DNA of 64,000 nucleotides from positions 19,211 through 83,210 of IMG/VR virus record IMGVR_UViG_3300050821_001227; one strand, 5' to 3'. Positions 54,949 through 63,818 of this stretch are shown in pieces; position 1 is the stretch's first letter; the number at the start of each line of letters is the position of its first letter. Both the position numbers and the translations under genes were made by a program. The notes under the pieces were generated by a model. That model was given only the letters and a program-made list of their open reading frames with translations, was not told the DNA's origin and made no database searches. Source of the DNA: a virus.

Positions 54949-56346
54949 ATGAGTAATGAAATTGTTTTACAGTGGAACCCGAGCTCAACTCCGGTTTCAG
55001 GTTACAACGTTTATCGTGGCAGTTTGCCCGGTAACGAAGGCGCGGCTCCCATTAACGCGAGTCTCGTCACAGTGTTCCCAACTTTGAACTTGTCGTCCGT
55101 TGCAGCGTCGGTTGGCGGTTCAGCAGTTTATTCCGGGTCGTTGCCCGGTGGAGCCGGAAATGCGTACGCGGGGTTTAGCTTCCTCGTCGCAGGATTCGGC
55201 GGCAGCAACAACAACGGAATGTTTGCTTGCACGGCTTCAACCACCTCAAGCATGACGCTGTCGAACGCAAATGCTACTGCGGAAACTCACGTCGCGCTTG
55301 CGAACCAGATTCCGCAATACACCGACACGGCTGTGTTCCCCGGCAAGTCGTACTCCTATGAAATTACCGCTGTCAGCGGTGGTGTAGAGAGTGCCGACTC
55401 TGTTGGAATCGAATCGGCTCCGGTGCCGTATGGACCGACCCCGGTCATCCCAGTTGTTAATGGGTTTGACAACTTCATGGTGCTGGCAGGTTCTACCATC
55501 ACCAGCACAGGTGAAACTCAAGTGTCTGGCGATATCGGCACTTATCCCGGTACGTCCATCACGGGGTTCCCTCCCGGCGTTATCAGCGGCGTGTTCCATT
55601 ATGCCGACTTTGTTTCTGCCGCAGGCGAGGCCGCAGCGCAACAGTTGTACAATGCGTTGATGTTGATGACCAGCACGGCGACCATTTCTGGCGACTTGGG
55701 CGGACAGACGCTCACGCCCGGCGTGTACACGTCTTCGTCCACCATCGGAATCACGGGCATCCTCACGTTGGATGCGCAAGGTGACCCGAACGCGGCATGG
55801 GTTTTCCAAATCGGAAGTGCCCTGACCACTGCGGCTTCGAACAGCGCAATTGTCCTGCTCAACGGTGCGCAAGCATCGAACGTGTATTGGCAGGTCGGCA
55901 GTTCCGCAACTCTTGGCGTTGGTACGTCCTTCGCCGGTACGATTGTGGCACAGACCAGCATTACCGCTAACACTGGCGCGAACATCGCGGGTCGCTTGTT
56001 TGCGATCACAGGGGCTGTTACTATGGACGACAATAGCGTCGTTCTGTTCCTCCAGTTCCCGTTCACAGGTGCTTGGCAAGCCAACCATGCTTATGCTTTG
56101 GGGCAGTTGATTTTTGACTGTCAGAGCAATAGCTACCAAGAAGTCCTTGTTGCTGGAATCAGTGGGGCTACCAAGCCCACGTTCTCTGGCACTCCAAATG
56201 ACCTAACCACGGACAATACCGTTACGTGGGCAGCAGTTTCTCCTGCAAGTTCATTCGTATTGATTGACTTGCCGCCATCACCGCCCAACATGGCTCCTGC
56301 GCCACCCGCAGCACCGACCGGGCTGATTATCAGTTTTGAAGACTAA
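54949..56346 (+). CDS. Ice-binding protein (DUF3494) fused to a split FN3-like domain and tail-type modules
   Basis: F.VLAGSTIT.TG.T...GDIG..PGTSITGFPPG...DLGG.TL.PGVY...LTLDAQGDPNA.WVFQIGS.LTTA...L.NGAQASNVYWQVGSSATLG...F.GTI.A..SIT..TGA...GRL.A..GAVT.D.N. Confidence 0.93.
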   Translation: MSNEIVLQWNPSSTPVSGYNVYRGSLPGNEGAAPINASLVTVFPTLNLSSVAASVGGSAVYSGSLPGGAGNAYAGFSFLVAGFGGSNNNGMFACTASTTSSMTLSNANATAETHVALANQIPQYTDTAVFPGKSYSYEITAVSGGVESADSVGIESAPVPYGPTPVIPVVNGFDNFMVLAGSTITSTGETQVSGDIGTYPGTSITGFPPGVISGVFHYADFVSAAGEAAAQQLYNALMLMTSTATISGDLGGQTLTPGVYTSSSTIGITGILTLDAQGDPNAAWVFQIGSALTTAASNSAIVLLNGAQASNVYWQVGSSATLGVGTSFAGTIVAQTSITANTGANIAGRLFAITGAVTMDDNSVVLFLQFPFTGAWQANHAYALGQLIFDCQSNSYQEVLVAGISGATKPTFSGTPNDLTTDNTVTWAAVSPASSFVLIDLPPSPPNMAPAPPAAPTGLIISFED

Positions 56347-56359
56347 AGGAAGGTGACCT

Positions 56360-56551
56360 ATGTCGGTTCTTAACGGAAAAGGCTCAGGCTCAAACCCTCT
56401 TGCAGCCACGGCAGACTGGAATCTCGCGATCCAGCCTGCTGGGGTTGTTTTAGTCTCAGACGGGTATGGCAACGTAGCAGGCTCGGGAGTATTACTCTCG
56501 ACCCTCGAAACGCAAAGTTTCGCAACCGACACTGATTGCGGAACTTTCTAG
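56360..56551 (+). CDS. Small virion-type protein ending DCGTF
   Basis: GGAAGG RBS; C-terminal motif shared with the next gene. Confidence 0.6.
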   Translation: MSVLNGKGSGSNPLAATADWNLAIQPAGVVLVSDGYGNVAGSGVLLSTLETQSFATDTDCGTF

Positions 56552-56562
56552 GAGAAATTTAA

Positions 56563-57078
56563 ATGTTAAATGTAAAAATTCAGACCTATCGTGGAACGTT
56601 GTCTGATTTGTCTACGCTGGCGACTACGGGATTCCCCGGAGTGCTTGCATGGACAACGGACAGCAACCAACTATTTGTTGACCTTGGCAGCGGTGCTGCG
56701 GGCTACGGCCCCGGCAAAGCATGGCAGCCAGTCAACGCGGCTCATAACGTGTTCACCGTATCTTCGACGGCAGGGCTAACAGCCTTGGCGGCGAACGTCG
56801 GCGATTTGGCAATTGACACTGGCAACGGAGTCACGTACATATTGACTTCGTTTCCCGCATCGTCGTTGCCGAACTGGACGGCTATTACCACGCCCGATGT
56901 TACACCTCTCGGAGCCCCTGTGGCTCATGAATGGGTGACGTACATCGACGCGTCTGGCGTTCAACACCTTTCTCAACCCGCCTTCACCGACATTTCTGGA
57001 CTGCTTGCGCAAACGCAACTGCCCGCAACCATCGGCGCAGGTAGCAGTCTCACGAACATCGACTGCGGAACATTCTAA
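56563..57078 (+). CDS. Tail-fibre-associated protein ending IDCGTF
   Basis: KIQ.YRG...G.LAWTTD..QLFV N-terminal module; A.VGDLAI...YIL...W. Confidence 0.65.
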   Translation: MLNVKIQTYRGTLSDLSTLATTGFPGVLAWTTDSNQLFVDLGSGAAGYGPGKAWQPVNAAHNVFTVSSTAGLTALAANVGDLAIDTGNGVTYILTSFPASSLPNWTAITTPDVTPLGAPVAHEWVTYIDASGVQHLSQPAFTDISGLLAQTQLPATIGAGSSLTNIDCGTF

Positions 57079-57085
57079 GGTTACC

Positions 57086-57478
57086 ATGGCACGTAACGTA
57101 GGCTTTCAAATTCTACGCGGCGTGAAGGCTAACGCTCCCGTGCTTGAAGCGGGGGAAAGTTACCTTGCGACGGACACCAACGAAATAGTTATCGGCACAA
57201 CCGGGGGCAACTTTGTCCTCGGTCGTCCGGTATTTAACGCAGCAGGCGTGCGTCAAATGACCGCGCATATTGTGGCAGACCGCGTCACGCTTAGTGGCGG
57301 GGCTGCAACCGTAACGTTAGTCGGAAGCGCGGCCTTTACGAACGCGACCAGTTACTCCACCGTCTTGTGTGATAGCACGGCCAATCATTCGGCCAAAATC
57401 ACACAAAACAGTGGGAGCAGCTTTACGATTGCAGGCACAGGCAGCGATGTAATTGAGTTCATATGCATCGGAACTTAA
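57086..57478 (+). CDS. Tail-fibre-associated protein
   Basis: FQILRG..AN.P.L.AGE.YLATDT.E..IG module. Confidence 0.65.
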   Translation: MARNVGFQILRGVKANAPVLEAGESYLATDTNEIVIGTTGGNFVLGRPVFNAAGVRQMTAHIVADRVTLSGGAATVTLVGSAAFTNATSYSTVLCDSTANHSAKITQNSGSSFTIAGTGSDVIEFICIGT

Positions 57479-57488
57479 GAAAGGATTT

Positions 57489-57662
57489 ATGAGCACAAGT
57501 GATCGATATACCAAGTTGATTGCTCCCCCGGCACCTTTGCCAGAGCCCACACCACTGGAACCTCTGCCTATTGTCGCCGTCATAGAGCAGCAGCCAGAAC
57601 AGATTGAAGCGCCCGCCGTAGCAGTGACCCTGCCGCGCATGTGGCGTGTACGAACGAGTTAA
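57489..57662 (+). CDS. Hypothetical Pro-rich protein
   Basis: AAGGA RBS before ATG 57489. Confidence 0.5.
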   Translation: MSTSDRYTKLIAPPAPLPEPTPLEPLPIVAVIEQQPEQIEAPAVAVTLPRMWRVRTS

Positions 57663-57684
57663 GTTCTAAAGCGGTTACTGCTAT

Positions 57685-57713
57685 AGCCCATCTTAATTGA
57701 TGGGCTTCTTTTT
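57685..57713 (+). terminator. Intrinsic terminator at the strand convergence
   Basis: AGCCCATC/GATGGGCT stem followed by TCTTTTT. Confidence 0.7.
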
Positions 57714-57819
57714 CTGTGCTTCAATCGCGGCCCGAACGTCACCCTCAATGCAGCCAATCCAGCCGCACGTCGCCGTGCATTATGTCTTTGACCTCTGGTC
57801 ATGTTGTCACTCATTCGAA

Positions 57820-58794
57820 CTACCCCGTGAGATGCGGAATCTGACGAGAGTAGACCGTGTAGATCAGTTCGTCGATCCATGCACTGTCCGCGCTTTCTCT
57901 CAATGTCGAGGATAGAGAGGCACTCTCAACCGCCACGAGAAGCCCCTCGATTTCCTCGGCAACCTGTTTGTAGTCCAACTTGCCCTGCTTGATTTCCAGA
58001 ATGTGTGCAGCATTCGGTAACGGGAATGTGATCCACCTGTACTTCAGCAACTCCAGCGCCTCATGGCCAACGCGCACAGCGTGCGACAGCGCCTTCCAGT
58101 CTACGCCTTCATTCGACTCAGCCATCCGGGCGCGCGCTCCGTAGTTCTCATGGATGCGCGTAAAGATGGACGCAGCCTCTTTGAGCGTGTTCTTGAAGCC
58201 AACCATGCGGTCGCAGCAGACGTAGTAGGTCTCGAAGTTCCCGCCCGTGGTTTCTTTCGTCACGACGGATGTGTGTGGCGCAATCTCGCGGTCGCCCGGA
58301 GCTATGTAATCGCCAACTTTCGCCGTGCTGCCAAACGATTGAATGAGTGCTTCGAACATATCCAAAGATTTCTTAGCTGCGGCAACCCGACTCCCTTTGA
58401 TGCCGTACTTGTTCGCCTGCGTCCGACAGTAGCTCACGAAGGCCGCACTCTTCTTGGTCAGCAGCCGTTCGCGGTTCATGCGCAGATGATCCCACAGCAG
58501 CGTTGATTCCTCTGGGTTCGGAGCGAACAACATGTCCACCGCGCCCGTCTGGCCCTCCCGCAGAAGCTGGAGGTAATAGTGCAGCGAGTAGCACTCGTTG
58601 TCCACGTCGGTCGTGAGGTTTCGTTCGCCCTCTTCTTTCTTGCGCCCAGTGCCCATGGACATCGTCCTCGGACAGCACTGAAGGATGATGTCGCGGGATT
58701 CGGGAATGAAGACCGACTTGTAATCAGTATCGCTTGTCGGCGTGTTGGTGCCGTACAGATGCGATCCAAACTTGATCCTGACGACAGTGTTCAT
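57820..58794 (-). CDS. Pol-beta superfamily nucleotidyltransferase
   Basis: FGSHLYGTNTPTSDTDYKSVFIP; DWKALSHAVR...LEIKQG. Confidence 0.88.
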   Translation of the reverse strand: MNTVVRIKFGSHLYGTNTPTSDTDYKSVFIPESRDIILQCCPRTMSMGTGRKKEEGERNLTTDVDNECYSLHYYLQLLREGQTGAVDMLFAPNPEESTLLWDHLRMNRERLLTKKSAAFVSYCRTQANKYGIKGSRVAAAKKSLDMFEALIQSFGSTAKVGDYIAPGDREIAPHTSVVTKETTGGNFETYYVCCDRMVGFKNTLKEAASIFTRIHENYGARARMAESNEGVDWKALSHAVRVGHEALELLKYRWITFPLPNAAHILEIKQGKLDYKQVAEEIEGLLVAVESASLSSTLRESADSAWIDELIYTVYSRQIPHLTG

Positions 58795-59135
58795 GCGACA
58801 CTCTTTAGGCGACGTGTGATGCTGGGAGAGATTCCAGCAGCCGCCAGTTCCTGTTCTTCCCTCTCTTGGATGATGCGCTTGTAGCCGTCACTCGGGCGCT
58901 CGTTCTCGTTTAGTTTAACCTCTTCCACAGTGACGAGGTAAATCTTCTTGTGCAGTTCAGGGCCAACTGGCTCGATGTCTCCAAGGTTCAAGGTGATGTT
59001 ACCCTTGTAGATATCAGAGCTCGTAGACCACGAAATGTCAGCCTTCAGGTCGAGGGTCACTTCGCCCGTATAGTCCATGCGTATCGCGCCACGGAGACCG
59101 TCGTTGTCGGGTGCGAAAATCTTAAATGCCTTCAC
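58791..59135 (-). CDS. Hypothetical protein
   Basis: Tightly packed ORF in the minus-strand operon. Confidence 0.6.
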   Translation of the reverse strand: MKAFKIFAPDNDGLRGAIRMDYTGEVTLDLKADISWSTSSDIYKGNITLNLGDIEPVGPELHKKIYLVTVEEVKLNENERPSDGYKRIIQEREEQELAAAGISPSITRRLKSVA

Positions 59136-59505
59136 AGTGTTTGAATCCCCAGTCTCGGGACTTTGGTCCCGTAATAATCAGCGACCAAGATGTTCCCTTC
59201 GGCGTCACCACGTTGTGACTGTAGTGAGCCGGATGGTACCACAAAGATAGCGGCCTGCGCCAGTAGAATCCGCTGGCGTTCTCTTCTAGATATCCCGGCC
59301 AAAGCAACAGCGTCACAAACCACCATGGGTGATCGTGGCACTGCTCATGCCATTGTGGCGCGGTCAGTTCGTGCAGATAGACGTTGAACCACCGGGTCTT
59401 CAGAAGCTGGTAGCGATAGAAGATTTCGCCAATAGGCTTCCACCCGATTTCCTTGTGCCGCAGATGTCGTCTTAGGAATTGTCCAATCATAATTCTTTTT
59501 GCCAT
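59122..59505 (-). CDS. Cupin-like protein
   Basis: VYLH...HDHPWWF.TL.L..GY.E...H.V...WSL.ITGP..R.WGF. Confidence 0.7.
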   Translation of the reverse strand: MAKRIMIGQFLRRHLRHKEIGWKPIGEIFYRYQLLKTRWFNVYLHELTAPQWHEQCHDHPWWFVTLLLWPGYLEENASGFYWRRPLSLWYHPAHYSHNVVTPKGTSWSLIITGPKSRDWGFKHCEGI

Positions 59506-59765
59506 CTCCTCTGGTCAGTAAACGACTGTGGTTGCTCCGGTCCTATTGGAGGAATCAAAGCCTTTGGTTCCTTCGGTTCTACTACTGGAGGAATCAAAGC
59601 CTTTGGTGGTTGCGGCGTTGCGTCAGGACCAACAGCCTGCCCAAGCTGTTCTTGAATCGTGTGAGCCTGTGTTTCGATGGTCGTGCCCTGATAAATCACT
59701 TCGGCAGACAGGCTCAGTATCAAGGCGATTAAGAAGATGAAGATTGATAGGCGCAGTTGAATCAT
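59487..59765 (-). CDS. Hypothetical membrane protein
   Basis: N-terminal hydrophobic segment; PKALIPP occurs twice. Confidence 0.6.
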   Translation of the reverse strand: MIQLRLSIFIFLIALILSLSAEVIYQGTTIETQAHTIQEQLGQAVGPDATPQPPKALIPPVVEPKEPKALIPPIGPEQPQSFTDQRRWQKEL

Positions 59766-59895
59766 ATCTGCCCCAGTTCAATGTTTTCGGCCAAGTCGCG
59801 GAGAGCGTCGGACATTGTTTCGCCAACGCCTTCCAGTTCAGTGTTCTCCAACGACGCGATGAACTCGCCTTCGTCAAAGCGTATCGTTACGTTGT

Positions 59896-60975
59896 TCACA
59901 GAATGTCCCCTTTGTCTTTGAGTGCGCCATGGATTCTGAACTGAGACCCTTCACGTTGGAAAGCCTTGAATGTGTACTTGCCGTCCTCGAAGTCAATCAG
60001 GACGCTTTCGTAGCCCAGCACCTGACCGCTACCTAGTATTCGTGCGATGGGCAGGCGTAGCTCTTTGTCAACTTCTCGTTTGATGTTGCGGGCTCCATAC
60101 TTTGAATCGTAGCCAGTCTTGATTAGTTGTGCCATGGCCACTTCGGTTGCCGTGAACATGACCTTGGGCACGCACTTGGTGAACACATCGAGTTGCAGCT
60201 TGCCCAGTTCAAGTTCCAAGATGTCCGCAATCTGCCCGGTGCTCAGGGCATTGAACGCGATTACGCCATCCAGACGGTTGATGAACTCGACCGAGAACTT
60301 ACGCTTCGCGGCCTCTATGCCAATGCGCTTTGTCTCAGCGGCCTCAAGTACGGAGGGTGGCGCGAAGCCAAGCCCGTCCTTCAGGTTCGAGAACCCAGCA
60401 TTCGAAGTCATAAGAATGATTGTCTGTTCAAGGTTGACGGCCTCGTTTGTGCCCAGCGTAATCGACGCCTTGTCGAGGATGCCAAGCATTATGTTCCATA
60501 AAGCGTCAGATGCTTTCTCAATCTCATCGAACAAGAGGATGGCGAACGGATACTCTAACACGGCTGACTGTAGCGAGGCGATGCGCTCACTGGACAGCAT
60601 GGGCTTGGTCTCGCGGTGACCGAGATAGCCGGGAGGGCTGCCGATCAACTTGGCAACATCGTGCGAGTGTTGGAACTCTCCGCAGTCGATACGCATGAGG
60701 TTGTTGCGCCAGTTACGGCTCAGGCGTCCTTGCAGACTCTCCGCAAACTTCTCAGCGCTGTAGGTTTTTCCGTTGCCAGTTGGCCCGGTCATGAGGACGG
60801 AGCCAATGGGACGGCCAGCTTCGTACAGGTTGCTGCGGAACTTTTCAACCAATTGGACGTAATAATCGATGGCGTCCGGCTGACCGACCAGTACCCGCTC
60901 CAAGTCTGTGCGAATGAGCGTGCCAAACTTCGTCTCCTGACCTGCATCAAGAAGCCTGCCGTTATTTTTTAACAT
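59896..60975 (-). CDS. ClpB/ClpA-like AAA+ ATPase (second nucleotide-binding domain only)
   Basis: VGQPDA, GPTGNGKT, RIDCGEF...HDVAKLIGSPPGYLG, LLFDEIEKA, MTSNAG, EFINRLD, GYDSKYGAR. Confidence 0.92.
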   Translation of the reverse strand: MLKNNGRLLDAGQETKFGTLIRTDLERVLVGQPDAIDYYVQLVEKFRSNLYEAGRPIGSVLMTGPTGNGKTYSAEKFAESLQGRLSRNWRNNLMRIDCGEFQHSHDVAKLIGSPPGYLGHRETKPMLSSERIASLQSAVLEYPFAILLFDEIEKASDALWNIMLGILDKASITLGTNEAVNLEQTIILMTSNAGFSNLKDGLGFAPPSVLEAAETKRIGIEAAKRKFSVEFINRLDGVIAFNALSTGQIADILELELGKLQLDVFTKCVPKVMFTATEVAMAQLIKTGYDSKYGARNIKREVDKELRLPIARILGSGQVLGYESVLIDFEDGKYTFKAFQREGSQFRIHGALKDKGDIL

Positions 60976-61363
60976 TGACCTTCTCCCAGTCTGGAGCAAC
61001 AAGCCCCATCTCAACCTCCATGTGGCAGTTACGGCACAGGAGCGCGCACTTCAACGCTTCTAAGAACATCTTTTCAACATTAGGGTTGCGGGCTGTACTC
61101 ACTTCGAATTCCTTGTCTTCAGGGTTGATGTGGTGAAAGTCTAACGCTTCTAGACACCGACAGTAGCCACATAGTTCGCACTGTCCACCGAGGAGGATGC
61201 GAACCAGTGCCTTATTCTGTCGTCTTCTCTCGATCACCTGAGAGATTAGAACTGTCTTGTGCGCTAGGTAGTACCGTTCCTTGCGAGGGCTCTTCCACAT
61301 ACTTTTCCCATCCTGTTCCTGTCCAACGTTGCTTGGGTCTTCCGATGACCTTGCCAGCCGCAA
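60962..61363 (-). CDS. HNH endonuclease (start uncertain)
   Basis: LGGQCELCGY...LDFHHINPEDKEF...KCALLCRNCHME. Confidence 0.85.
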   Translation of the reverse strand: MRLARSSEDPSNVGQEQDGKSMWKSPRKERYYLAHKTVLISQVIERRRQNKALVRILLGGQCELCGYCRCLEALDFHHINPEDKEFEVSTARNPNVEKMFLEALKCALLCRNCHMEVEMGLVAPDWEKVNVKK

Positions 61364-61420
61364 AATCTTTCGCGGCCACGTAGTTCTTTTCTGGGTTGAT
61401 TTTCTTGCCCCGACCCCGCA

Positions 61421-61687
61421 TTACTTGGCCAGCCTTTCGATGTCGATGAAGTCCTTCTCAAGGTGATCGTTGATGAAGTCTACCACAGTGTGCAGGTCTG
61501 TCAAGAGTTTTTTCTCTTTGTCCGTCAGCCAAGACGAACGCTTCTCCAGAATCTCGACGGCCAGTACCCAGTTGTCCCTCATGTGGATAATGTGCTCGGA
61601 ACGTGTTCCTACATCGTCCAGAGATATGCGCGTGATGCCGTAGTTGCTTTCAGCCACTGATGTCTCCTTTTTCTGTTTGTGAGTCAC
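61421..61687 (-). CDS. Hypothetical protein
   Basis: ORF in the operon; AAGGAG suggests a downstream GTG start. Confidence 0.6.
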   Translation of the reverse strand: MTHKQKKETSVAESNYGITRISLDDVGTRSEHIIHMRDNWVLAVEILEKRSSWLTDKEKKLLTDLHTVVDFINDHLEKDFIDIERLAK

Positions 61688-62139
61688 TGTGCTGCGCGGC
61701 GAAGCCAGCCTTTAAGGAACTGAGCCAAAGCGGGATTGGCGAGGACGAGATTCTGATAGTGCCGTCCCAAGGCTAGTCGATAATCACTGAGCAAAGAGTC
61801 GCCTGCGGCATTGACGGCTGCACAGGTTCCCGGTCCCCATATGCCATCCACAGTGACGCCGAGACAAGTCTGAAGGATACGGATAGCGGCGTGTCCCATG
61901 TTTACGCTCATGTCGAATATTTTGGTCGCCATGGGCTGTAACTGCACGGCATCGTAGTGCCAGAAGTCGCGTTGGTAGATAGCCGCAGCCGTCTCGCGGG
62001 TCAGGTTGCGGATATCCACAGTGGGGTAAGAACGCTGGCTAATGCCGAAGTTAGTAAGTCCTCCGGGGTCGGACGGGTTGTCCACCAATCCGCCTTCGTT
62101 TGTCAGCACGGTGTCGATTGCAAGGTTAAAGTCCGCCAT
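61684..62139 (-). CDS. Endolysin, glycoside hydrolase family 108 with peptidoglycan-binding domain
   Basis: NEGG..D.P.DPGG.TNFGI...Y.RDFW...FD.SVN.G...LQ..LG...DG..GP.T...F.KGWL.R. Confidence 0.92.
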   Translation of the reverse strand: MADFNLAIDTVLTNEGGLVDNPSDPGGLTNFGISQRSYPTVDIRNLTRETAAAIYQRDFWHYDAVQLQPMATKIFDMSVNMGHAAIRILQTCLGVTVDGIWGPGTCAAVNAAGDSLLSDYRLALGRHYQNLVLANPALAQFLKGWLRRAAQ

Positions 62140-62554
62140 TGGCAGCCTCCATGCTCACGATATTGCGGCCCGGAGACGATAACGTGATGATGCGGTCGTT
62201 GGTCGGATCGTATTCCTTCCACGTCTTGGCCCACGGTCCTCGGAACGATAACGCCCACGCGCTTCCTTCGGGAAGGACTTTGTGCATCGTGTTTCGAGAC
62301 GTGAACTTTACGTCCCCGGCTTTCCAACGCCGTAGGTTGAGCAACGTTGGCTTGCCGCTGGTCGGGCGAATGACTTCCATGACCGCGCCCTTTAGCCAGA
62401 ATGTCAACGCGTTGAACGCGTGCGAGTGGAAGTTCTCGCGGGTACCGCCAAACTTCATCAGCACAATCGAGAACAGAGATTTTATTTCGATCAAGAACAG
62501 GCCCGTAACTGGTGAGTCCGGACCGCCGTCTTTTGTAACTTCTAAGAATCGCAT
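62126..62554 (-). CDS. Cupin-like protein
   Basis: ENFHSHAFNA...G...E...HKV...ALSFRGPW. Confidence 0.65.
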   Translation of the reverse strand: MRFLEVTKDGGPDSPVTGLFLIEIKSLFSIVLMKFGGTRENFHSHAFNALTFWLKGAVMEVIRPTSGKPTLLNLRRWKAGDVKFTSRNTMHKVLPEGSAWALSFRGPWAKTWKEYDPTNDRIITLSSPGRNIVSMEAANGGL

Positions 62555-62784
62555 TAGTGTGACCCCTCCGGTAGATGATCGAGTTGAGTGAAGTTGGGAT
62601 CAGTGCCAGAGATGCGCCCAGACGCCGCTCCACTCTTCGCGCCGTTTGGTAATGTTGCCCTCCACAGTCGTATCTCGGCAATCATTGCCAGCACTTCTTC
62701 GTCGGGAAGACGAAAAGCGTTTGGTGCGCATCGTTCCCACTGTTCGCGGTAGGTCAAATCGTTTTCGCTAAGTGGCGTCTGCAT
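62554..62784 (-). CDS. Hypothetical protein
   Basis: Overlapping ORF chain. Confidence 0.55.
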   Translation of the reverse strand: MQTPLSENDLTYREQWERCAPNAFRLPDEEVLAMIAEIRLWRATLPNGAKSGAASGRISGTDPNFTQLDHLPEGSH

Positions 62785-62998
62785 AGAGAGTCCTCACGGC
62801 GGCTTCGGCCTTGTTGTAGTACAGGATGTCGCTCAGGCGCACCTGAATGTTCTTCTTGGCGTTCTTCACGAAAATGCTCTCCAAACGTCTCCGGTACTGC
62901 TCGGCCAATAATTGAAGGGCACCATTCTGACTGGTTCCCTCGGACACCAGAATCGGTGTCGCCTCGGTCTTGCTTGATACCCATCCGCCCTCGGTCAT
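62768..62998 (-). CDS. Hypothetical protein
   Basis: ATGA overlap chain. Confidence 0.55.
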   Translation of the reverse strand: MTEGGWVSSKTEATPILVSEGTSQNGALQLLAEQYRRRLESIFVKNAKKNIQVRLSDILYYNKAEAAVRTLYADAT

Positions 62999-63396
62999 TG
63001 CAGACCCTCAATCATTTTGTTTGCCTCGTCGATGCGTTGAGGCAATTTGGTTTGTTCTTCCAAGAGCCGACGTTTCTTGTCAACCCAGTAGTGGTGCGTT
63101 GCTGCGCGCCGGGCAGCCGCGTATTCGCTGCCGTCAGGAATAGCCTTCCAAAGATCATTCTGCTGATTGGTAGCAGCGGCAATTCCTACACCCACTTTGT
63201 CAACCCTGCCCTGCATCCAAAGATCGCGCAGGCGAGTGTGATTACGGCCATCTGTGTCCAGCGCCTTGGTGATGTCGGCGGAAGCGGAAGTACCGTGTTC
63301 GATAAGGTACGCATGAAATCTCTCGCTAAGAGACTCGGCTTGTGGCTGCACCGCACAAAAAGAGGCTGCGGCGGTCGGGCTGGTGTTGATTAACAT
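62995..63396 (-). CDS. Hypothetical protein, possible winged-helix
   Basis: Start at a TAATG overlap (MLINTSP); YL.EHG.SA..I..AL...RL.DL...G.V. Confidence 0.55.
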   Translation of the reverse strand: MLINTSPTAAASFCAVQPQAESLSERFHAYLIEHGTSASADITKALDTDGRNHTRLRDLWMQGRVDKVGVGIAAATNQQNDLWKAIPDGSEYAAARRAATHHYWVDKKRRLLEEQTKLPQRIDEANKMIEGLQ

Positions 63397-63818
63397 TATT
63401 GTGCTCCCACTGAGAATACGCCTTCCAGATTGTGGCAGGCCACGCCCTGAACAGCGGCATTTGCTTGGCGCTTGTAGACCAGTATCACTGGCCCAGATGC
63501 TTTGTTGATTAGTTCGTCGGTCGGCAGGCCGCACAGCATGACCTGTTCGGTATACAGAGCGAACGTACCGTACGGTTGGAACTTCAGATTGGTGGCGATG
63601 CGCTTGTCCGTCCTGATGACCGCAGCATCAGTGATGATGCCGAAGTTGTACATGAACGGGTTGGTGTACTCGATGACGGCTCCAAACTCGTTGGAGTGGC
63701 GGTTGGTCGAAGGCACTTCGCAGTGCGCCGTACCGAAGCCAATCAGCAGAACGAGCGCTATGCCCAGTATTCGGCCAAGCAGTGCGCCCGCGAATAGCGA
63801 CTTGGTTGTGTTATCCAT
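63396..63818 (-). CDS. Hypothetical membrane-anchored or secreted protein
   Basis: Hydrophobic N-terminus; ATG at the predicted +1 of the promoter. Confidence 0.65.
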   Translation of the reverse strand: MDNTTKSLFAGALLGRILGIALVLLIGFGTAHCEVPSTNRHSNEFGAVIEYTNPFMYNFGIITDAAVIRTDKRIATNLKFQPYGTFALYTEQVMLCGLPTDELINKASGPVILVYKRQANAAVQGVACHNLEGVFSVGAQ

